A stretch of 64,000 nt of DNA from Bacteroidales bacterium UBA5287 (lineage in GTDB: Bacteria > Bacteroidota > Bacteroidia > Bacteroidales > Dysgonomonadaceae). This document shows, piece after piece, positions 57,935 through 64,000 of this stretch. Each line of letters opens with the position of its first letter. Within the stretch, counting starts at the first letter, position 1. A program made the translations under genes and the position numbers. The notes beneath the pieces were generated by a model, which saw nothing but the letters and a program-made list of their open reading frames with translations, had not been told where the DNA came from and ran no database searches. The stretch spans positions 926-64,925 of the forward strand of contig DHSL01000025.1 in assembly GCA_002411345.1 (NCBI GenBank), given 5' to 3'.

Positions 57935-58924
57935 TTAAAATGCCTTGAAACCTACAAGTTTACGGACTTCATTCAGTATTCTTGAAGCACTTTCACGAGC
58001 TTTTTCTGCTCCTTCCGAAGTAACTTTGTGCAAATAAGCATCATCTTTTTCTATTTCAAGAATTCTTTCCCGAATTGGTGAAGTCACTTTAATTATATCT
58101 TCGGCAAGTTGTTTTTTTAGATCACCATATCTTATTTCGCACTTATTCCATTGATCATTAAAGTGCTGAACAACTTCAGATGTTGATACAACATTTAAAA
58201 TGGTGAAAAGGTTTTCGATGTAATCAGGTTTTGGAGAATTAAATTCTGTTGGCCCCGAATCTGTGAGTGCTCTTTTAACTTTCTTTTCTATATCTTTTGG
58301 CGAATCAATCAGGTAGATGCAATTTCCTTCGGACTTACCCATTTTTCCGCTGCCATCCAGTCCCGGTATTTTTATCAGTTCATTACCAAAATTGTACGCT
58401 ACCGGTTCTTTAAAGAATTCAACTCCATAAAAATTATTGAAACGTCGCGCGAACCTTCGCGTCATTTCCAAGTGTTGTTCCTGATCTTTTCCCACAGGCA
58501 CTTTATCAGCATTATGAACAAGAATGTCTGCAGCCATCAACGTTGGATAAGTCAACAGTCCAGCATTCACATTTTCGGGTTGCTTTCGTGCCTTTTCTTT
58601 GAACGATGCTGTTTTTGCAAGTTCTCCCATATATGCATGCATGTTTAGATAAACATACAATTCCATTGTTTCGCGCACATCGCTTTGTATATATATAACT
58701 GATTTTTCCGGATCAATTCCAGCCGCTAAATAATCCACTAAGACGTTTTTTACATTTTCATGAAGATTTTTGGGATCAGGATGAGTTGTAAGTGAATGAA
58801 TGTCAGCAATAAAAAAGTAACATTTATTCTCGTCCTGCATTCGTGTAAAGTTGCGCAATGCACCAAAATAGTTGCCCAAGTGTAAATTTCCGGTAGAACG
58901 AATTCCGCTAAGTACTATATCCAT
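57935..58924 (-). CDS. trpS: tryptophan--tRNA ligase
   Basis: 329 aa. HIGH-type motif TGNLHLGNY, KMSKS-type motif GKMGKSEGN. Class Ic size. Confidence 0.9.
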   Translation of the reverse strand: MDIVLSGIRSTGNLHLGNYFGALRNFTRMQDENKCYFFIADIHSLTTHPDPKNLHENVKNVLVDYLAAGIDPEKSVIYIQSDVRETMELYVYLNMHAYMGELAKTASFKEKARKQPENVNAGLLTYPTLMAADILVHNADKVPVGKDQEQHLEMTRRFARRFNNFYGVEFFKEPVAYNFGNELIKIPGLDGSGKMGKSEGNCIYLIDSPKDIEKKVKRALTDSGPTEFNSPKPDYIENLFTILNVVSTSEVVQHFNDQWNKCEIRYGDLKKQLAEDIIKVTSPIRERILEIEKDDAYLHKVTSEGAEKARESASRILNEVRKLVGFKAF

Positions 58925-58958
58925 TTTATTGTTTATGATCTATTGTTTGTGAGAAATG

Positions 58959-58966
58959 CAAAGATA
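58959..58966 (-). promoter_or_regulatory. candidate -7 box (TATCTTTG on minus strand) for the trpS operon
   Basis: Plus-strand CAAAGATA, 35 nt upstream of the ATG at 58924. Confidence 0.45.
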
Positions 58967-59142
58967 CAAAAAAAGGAAAAGATTACCTACTGGATTAGAG
59001 CTATAGTTATTGCAAATACGCAATAGCAATAATATTTATGATTCATAGAAGTTAGTTAATAAACTACTATTAATAATGTTTCTAATTTGTAGTAATTACA
59101 GAAATATTTCCGCAAATAATTCTTTTTAAACTATAAAAATGC

Positions 59143-59150
59143 TACTTTTG
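59143..59150 (+). promoter_or_regulatory. candidate -7 box (TACTTTTG) for sdh/frdCAB
   Basis: 92 nt upstream of the ATG at 59242. Confidence 0.45.
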
Positions 59151-59241
59151 CACTTTATTAGCTTTTTGTTGATGGAAGTAAATTAATCTGCAAAAAATAA
59201 CATAAACAACAATATATTCATTTAATTAAAACAAGAACTTT

Positions 59242-59916
59242 ATGAGTTGGTTAATAAAATCTTCAATTGGCCGAAAATTCGTTCAAAGTATTTCCGGTCT
59301 TTTTATGATCTTGTTCTTATTATTCCACATGTCAATGAATCTTGTACTCATATTCAATTATGAGACATACGATTTTATTGCAAATGAGATTTTGGGAGCA
59401 AATTGGTGGGCAATAGTTGGAACAGGAGTTATTGCACTAGGTTTTGTTGTGCATATTATTTATGCAATATACTTAACATTGCAAAACAAGAAAGCTCGTG
59501 GTGTAAACAGGTATGCATCTTCAAGCAAAACACCTGTAGCCTGGTCCTCAAAAAACATGTTTGTTTTGGGTCTATTTATCCTCATCTTTTTGTTTTTGCA
59601 CTTATATCAATTTTGGTATCAAATGCAATTCAAAGAACTGTTTCATATTGAAGGTGCACGACCTGATGGAGCTCAATTAGTTGTCGAAATGTTTTCTCAA
59701 GTATGGGTTGTGATTTTATATGTATTTGCTTTTGTAGCATTATGGTTTCACTTAACTCATGGATTTTGGAGTGCAATTCACACTGTTGGATGGAATAACA
59801 CTGTATGGATGAAACGTATAAAGGTAGTTGGAAATATTATTTCAACTCTCATTTGTCTTGGTTTCGTTGTAGTAGCTTTAGCCGTTCACTTCGGCTTTTC
59901 CAATATATTAGGATAA
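59242..59916 (+). CDS. sdhC: succinate dehydrogenase / fumarate reductase cytochrome b subunit
   Basis: 224 aa, five hydrophobic helices with conserved His residues (LFHMSMNL, FVVHIIYA, FLHLYQFW, WFHLTHGFW). First gene of the CAB operon. Confidence 0.8.
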   Translation: MSWLIKSSIGRKFVQSISGLFMILFLLFHMSMNLVLIFNYETYDFIANEILGANWWAIVGTGVIALGFVVHIIYAIYLTLQNKKARGVNRYASSSKTPVAWSSKNMFVLGLFILIFLFLHLYQFWYQMQFKELFHIEGARPDGAQLVVEMFSQVWVVILYVFAFVALWFHLTHGFWSAIHTVGWNNTVWMKRIKVVGNIISTLICLGFVVVALAVHFGFSNILG

Positions 59917-59937
59917 ACGATATAGATACATTACATT

Positions 59938-61881
59938 ATGAATAAAATAAACTCAAAAATACCAGCAGGACCATTAGAAAACAAATGGTCAAACTACAAA
60001 GATCACCAGAAACTGGTAAACCCGGCAAACAAACGTCGACTTGACATCATTGTTGTTGGTACAGGATTGGCAGGAGCTTCTGCAGCTGCCTCACTTGGAG
60101 AAATGGGCTTTAATGTACTGAATTTCTGCATTCAGGATTCTCCTCGTCGCGCTCACTCAATAGCAGCTCAAGGTGGTATCAATGCAGCAAAAAATTATCA
60201 AAACGATGGCGACTCCGTTTATCGTTTATTTTACGATACTATTAAAGGTGGCGACTATCGCGCTCGCGAAGCAAACGTTTATCGCCTTGCAGAAGTATCA
60301 AACAGCATCATAGATCAGTGCGTTGCTCAGGGTGTTCCTTTTGCTCGCGAATATGGTGGCTTACTCGATAACCGTTCATTTGGAGGTGCTCAAGTTTCAC
60401 GTACTTTCTATGCAAGAGGTCAAACGGGACAACAATTATTATTGGGTGCATACTCAGCATTAATGCGTGCCGTTCACAATAAACATGTGACACTGTATAC
60501 ACGTCATGAAATGCTTGACCTGGTTATGATAGATGGTCGCGCTCGCGGAATTATAGCACGTGACCTTGTAACTGGTAAACTAGAACGCTTTTCAGCTCAT
60601 GCAGTTGTAATTGCAACTGGTGGATACGGAAACACATTCTTCCTTTCTACAAATGCAATGACTTCAAATGGCTCTGCAGCATGGCAGTGTTATAGAAAAG
60701 GTGCTTACTTTGCTAACCCTTGCATGGCTCAAATTCACCCTACTTGTATTCCAGTTCATGGAGAGTTTCAATCGAAACTTACATTGATGTCGGAATCCCT
60801 TCGTAACGATGGACGTATTTGGGTACCTAAAAAACTGGAAGATGCAAAAGCCATCCGTGAAGGAAAATTAAAACCCACACAGTTAAAAGAAGAAGAGCGC
60901 GATTATTATCTTGAACGTCGTTATCCAGCTTTCGGTAATCTTGTTCCTCGTGACGTAGCTTCACGTGCAGCAAAAGAACGTTGCGATGCCGGTTATGGTG
61001 TTGGCACAACAGGTTTAGCTGTATATCTTGATTTCAAAGAAGCGATAGAGCGTTTGGGTAGAGATGTGGTTGAAGATAAATATGGCAACCTTTTCCAAAT
61101 GTACGAAAAGATTGTTGATGAGAATCCTTACGAAACTCCAATGATGATTTTCCCTGCAACTCACTATACAATGGGTGGTATCTGGGTTGATTATGAATTG
61201 ATGACTAATATTCCGGGATTATTCGCTATCGGCGAAGCAAATTTCTCAGACCACGGCGCAAACCGTTTAGGTGCATCGGCTCTGATGCAGGGATTGGCTG
61301 ATGGTTATTTTGTTTTGCCATACACAATTCAAAATTATCTTGCAGATCAGATTCAAGTACCAAGATTTAAAACAGATCATCCTGAATTTGATGCAGCTGA
61401 AAAAGGCATCAAAGATCGTATCAATAAATTAATGAATATAAAAGGAACTCACTCTGTAGATCATATCCACAAAGAACTTGGACACATTATGTGGGAATAT
61501 GTTGGTATGGGTCGCAGCAAAGAAAGTCTTGAAACTGCAATTGAAAAGTTAAAGCAATTGAAGAAAGATTTCCTTACAAATCTTCGTATCCCAGGAAATA
61601 AAGAAGATATGAATGTTGAGTTAGAAAAAGCACTTAGATTACAAGACTTTATTGAAATCGGCGAATTAATGGCTCACGATGCACTTGACAGAGAAGAATC
61701 TTGCGGAGGTCACTTCCGAATTGAGCATCAAACACCTGAAGGTGAAGCTTTACGTGACGATGAAAACTTCTCATATGTTTCTTGTTGGGAATATCAGGGC
61801 GAAGATAAAGCACCTGTAATGAATAAAGAACCTCTTGAATATGAATTTGTGGTTCGCCAGCAACGTAATTATAAATCGTAA
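59938..61881 (+). CDS. sdhA: succinate dehydrogenase / fumarate reductase flavoprotein subunit
   Basis: 647 aa. [15 protein letters not shown], covalent-FAD His block [28 protein letters not shown]. Confidence 0.9.
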   Translation: MNKINSKIPAGPLENKWSNYKDHQKLVNPANKRRLDIIVVGTGLAGASAAASLGEMGFNVLNFCIQDSPRRAHSIAAQGGINAAKNYQNDGDSVYRLFYDTIKGGDYRAREANVYRLAEVSNSIIDQCVAQGVPFAREYGGLLDNRSFGGAQVSRTFYARGQTGQQLLLGAYSALMRAVHNKHVTLYTRHEMLDLVMIDGRARGIIARDLVTGKLERFSAHAVVIATGGYGNTFFLSTNAMTSNGSAAWQCYRKGAYFANPCMAQIHPTCIPVHGEFQSKLTLMSESLRNDGRIWVPKKLEDAKAIREGKLKPTQLKEEERDYYLERRYPAFGNLVPRDVASRAAKERCDAGYGVGTTGLAVYLDFKEAIERLGRDVVEDKYGNLFQMYEKIVDENPYETPMMIFPATHYTMGGIWVDYELMTNIPGLFAIGEANFSDHGANRLGASALMQGLADGYFVLPYTIQNYLADQIQVPRFKTDHPEFDAAEKGIKDRINKLMNIKGTHSVDHIHKELGHIMWEYVGMGRSKESLETAIEKLKQLKKDFLTNLRIPGNKEDMNVELEKALRLQDFIEIGELMAHDALDREESCGGHFRIEHQTPEGEALRDDENFSYVSCWEYQGEDKAPVMNKEPLEYEFVVRQQRNYKS

Positions 61882-61896
61882 AAAGTTACTACAATC

Positions 61897-62652
61897 ATGG
61901 ATAAAAATATAAATATCAAACTCAGAATTTGGAGACAGAGAAGTCCCAAGGAAAAAGGACATTTCGAAAATTATGAACTCCAAAATATCTCACAGGGAAG
62001 TTCATTTCTGGAAATGATGGATATCCTAAACGAAAAGCTGGTCAATGAAGGAAAAGAACCTGTAGTTTTCGATCACGACTGCCGTGAAGGTATATGCGGA
62101 ATGTGTAGTCTTTATATTAATGGACATCCTCACGGACCTGATGAAGATGTAACGACTTGTCAATTACATATGCGTAAATTCGACGATGGCGACACTATTA
62201 CTGTAGAGCCATGGCGTTCAGCTGCTTTCCCTATTATCAGAGATTTGATGGTAGATCGTACTGCTTTTGATAAAATAATACAAGCTGGTGGTTATGTTTC
62301 AGTAAATACTGGTGGTACTCCTGATGCTAACGCAATTCCTATTCCAAAGAAAAATGCAGATGCTGCAATGGATGCAGCCGCTTGTATTGGATGTGGTGCA
62401 TGTGTAGCTGCTTGTAAAAATGGTTCTGCAATGCTTTTTGTTTCAGCAAAAGTTACACAGTTCGCCCAGTTGCCTCAAGGGAAACCAGAAGCGGCAAGAC
62501 GCGCAAAATCAATGGTGGCAAAAATGGATGAACTGGGATTTGGAAACTGTACTAATACAGGTGCTTGTGAAGTTGAATGCCCTAAAAACATTTCCATCAC
62601 CAATATTGCACGTTTAAATCACGAGTTTTTGAAAGCTAAAATAGGAAGCTAA
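61897..62652 (+). CDS. sdhB: succinate dehydrogenase / fumarate reductase iron-sulfur subunit
   Basis: 251 aa. Cluster motifs [38 protein letters not shown]. Confidence 0.9.
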   Translation: MDKNINIKLRIWRQRSPKEKGHFENYELQNISQGSSFLEMMDILNEKLVNEGKEPVVFDHDCREGICGMCSLYINGHPHGPDEDVTTCQLHMRKFDDGDTITVEPWRSAAFPIIRDLMVDRTAFDKIIQAGGYVSVNTGGTPDANAIPIPKKNADAAMDAAACIGCGACVAACKNGSAMLFVSAKVTQFAQLPQGKPEAARRAKSMVAKMDELGFGNCTNTGACEVECPKNISITNIARLNHEFLKAKIGS

Positions 62653-62681
62653 CTATTAATAATCAGAAACAAACTATATTA

Positions 62682-62717
62682 CAAAGCGTTTAAAATAATT
62701 AAACGCTTTGTTTTTTT
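62682..62717 (+). terminator. rho-independent terminator of sdh/frdCAB
   Basis: CAAAGCGTTTA (62682-62692), loop AAATAAT, TAAACGCTTTG (62700-62710), then seven T (62711-62717). It starts 30 nt after the stop codon. Confidence 0.8.
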
Positions 62718-62763
62718 ATAATTGTTAAATAAAGATGTACATTTTTCATAAACCTTTTTGCTT

Positions 62764-62771
62764 TATCTTTG
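62764..62771 (+). promoter_or_regulatory. candidate -7 box (TATCTTTG) for the OMP gene
   Basis: 67 nt upstream of the ATG at 62838. Confidence 0.4.
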
Positions 62772-62837
62772 TCTAACAAAAGTGAATTCATTCTATCTAT
62801 TATTTCGCTGAATATAATTTCACTAATTTGAAGAACA

Positions 62838-63473
62838 ATGAAAACAAAGAAAACAATTTTGAGCATAGCAATAGTAACATTGCTGTCTATGCTAAGTTTA
62901 CCAGCTTTTTCACAAGTTAAATTTGGAGTAAAAGCAGATGTTGGTCTTAATAATCCGACATTTAGTACAAGTTCAGTAAAAGTTGAGAACATGACTTCTT
63001 ACAGTATTGGACCGACAATTGAAGCAATGTTTCCCTCTGGTGGAATGCGATTAGGATTAGAAGCATCACTTTTATATAATGATAACCGCATGACAGTTTC
63101 TTCTTTAGAAGAGGGTACAACATTTGATCAAGAAGTCGATAACCGATACTTACGTTTGCCTATTACCGCAAAGATAAAATTCGGTTTATTAGGTTTACCA
63201 TTACGTATTTATGGTGATGCGGGTCCTTATCTTGACTATCTGATTGACGGTGAAAAAATTGACACCCAACAGGTTGGTAATGATATAGAAGCTAAAAAGT
63301 TTGGTGCTGGAGCTACTTTTGGTGCCGGGATTGAAGTTTTGAACTTTATCCAGGTAGGTGTTAATTATAATGTTCAACTTACTGATGATTATGCTGCCGA
63401 CACTCCTAACTGGAGCGATCCTTTGAATGGTAAAAGGAATAATTGGTCACTTTCAGCAGCAGTATATTTCTAA
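62838..63473 (+). CDS. outer-membrane beta-barrel (porin-family) protein
   Basis: 211 aa with signal peptide ...SLPAFSQ. Alternating amphipathic beta-strand pattern, Gly/aromatic-rich, C-terminal SLSAAVYF ending in Phe. Confidence 0.7.
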   Translation: MKTKKTILSIAIVTLLSMLSLPAFSQVKFGVKADVGLNNPTFSTSSVKVENMTSYSIGPTIEAMFPSGGMRLGLEASLLYNDNRMTVSSLEEGTTFDQEVDNRYLRLPITAKIKFGLLGLPLRIYGDAGPYLDYLIDGEKIDTQQVGNDIEAKKFGAGATFGAGIEVLNFIQVGVNYNVQLTDDYAADTPNWSDPLNGKRNNWSLSAAVYF

Positions 63474-63475
63474 TA

Positions 63476-64000
63476 ATGTTTGCAGATGTAATACTTCCAC
63501 TTCCGTTATCCGAAACTTATACCTACTCAGTTCCGGCTGAAATGTACGGGAAAATTGGATTAGGCTTTAGAGTTATTGTATCTTTTGGAAGCAGGAAATA
63601 TTATACGGCAATAGTAATAAAATTACACAACAATGCCCCTAAAGGCATCAAAATAAAGGAGATCCATTCTCTGATAGACACTCACCCTATTGTTCTTGAA
63701 AATCAATTAAAATTATGGGAATGGATTTTTTTTTATTATCTTTCAACACCTGGAGATATTTACAAAGCTGCAGTACCTTCTAAACTGAGAATAGAGAGCG
63801 AGACTTTTCTTTCTCTCAATCATATTGATTTTACCAACATTGAATTAACACCAACAGAATTAAAGATTTGCGAATATTTGCAACAAAGTGAATCATCCAA
63901 AATTGCTCAAATAAGCAAAGAACTGAAAATTAAAAATATATTACCACATATATATTCCCTTAGTTCGAAAGAAGCAATAATCTCTAACGAAAATATTCAT
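63476..64000 (+). CDS. priA: primosomal protein N' (replication restart helicase), 5' part, runs off the right edge
   Basis: It is not in the ORF track because there is no stop before the window end. My translation from the ATG at 63476 is MFADVILPLPLSETYTYSVPAEMYGKIGLGFRVIVSFGSRKYYTAIVIKLH..., the typical PriA N-terminal 3'-DNA-binding domain. Confidence 0.8.
   Translation, partial: MFADVILPLPLSETYTYSVPAEMYGKIGLGFRVIVSFGSRKYYTAIVIKLHNNAPKGIKIKEIHSLIDTHPIVLENQLKLWEWIFFYYLSTPGDIYKAAVPSKLRIESETFLSLNHIDFTNIELTPTELKICEYLQQSESSKIAQISKELKIKNILPHIYSLSSKEAIISNENIH

Noticed and set aside
62699-62992. 97-aa minus-strand ORF between sdhB and the OMP gene.
   Set aside because: It spans the sdh terminator, the OMP promoter box and the 5' end of the OMP gene on the opposite strand. 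It is a chance frame.

Overview
64-kb low-GC chromosomal segment with Bacteroidota hallmarks: TAnnTTTG -7 promoter boxes in front of many genes and tRNAs, lipoprotein and T9SS-like sorting signals, a three-gene frd/sdhCAB operon and a TolC-HlyD-MFS efflux operon. It has two parts. (1) nt 1-33,240 is an accessory glycan-degradation locus of 17 genes. No SusC/SusD pair, TonB-dependent transporter or regulator is visible in the window. Its core is a ~20-kb nine-gene plus-strand operon (3922-23982). This encodes four deeply divergent GH78 alpha-L-rhamnosidase paralogs, a GH106-like hydrolase, a GH127, an alpha/beta-hydrolase esterase, an unrecognised 562-aa secreted protein and a cytoplasmic AraA/FucI-fold isomerase. 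A clan GH-A-like lipoprotein and a ricin-lectin::GH2 (LacZ-type) beta-galactosidase follow. Tat-exported redox modules flank the hydrolase core on both sides: an FAD oxidoreductase plus a DUF4434-like protein on the left, and two Gfo/Idh/MocA oxidoreductases bracketing a xylose-isomerase-like TIM-barrel protein on the right. I regard this combination of hydrolytic and possibly oxidative glycoside cleavage, aimed at a rhamnose-rich glycan, as the best candidate for an undescribed system. (2) nt 33,350-64,000 is mostly core genome. It holds tRNA-Ser(CGA), tRNA-Gly(CCC), tRNA-Pro(CGG), a DUF4091 / ATP-grasp-like / M3-like-peptidase operon and a fused FAD/Fe-S oxidoreductase. It also holds the efflux operon, an Lrp/AsnC regulator, xseA-xseB-ispD, an S8 peptidase, pepD, rsmA, corA, frd/sdhCAB, an OMP and the 5' end of priA. 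A tightly packed trpS-DUF2156-GNAT operon lies here too, with a stand-alone MprF-type TM (flippase-like) gene nearby. No CRISPR array, mobile element, integrase or rRNA was seen. All family calls come from motif recognition by eye; no database search or computation was run.
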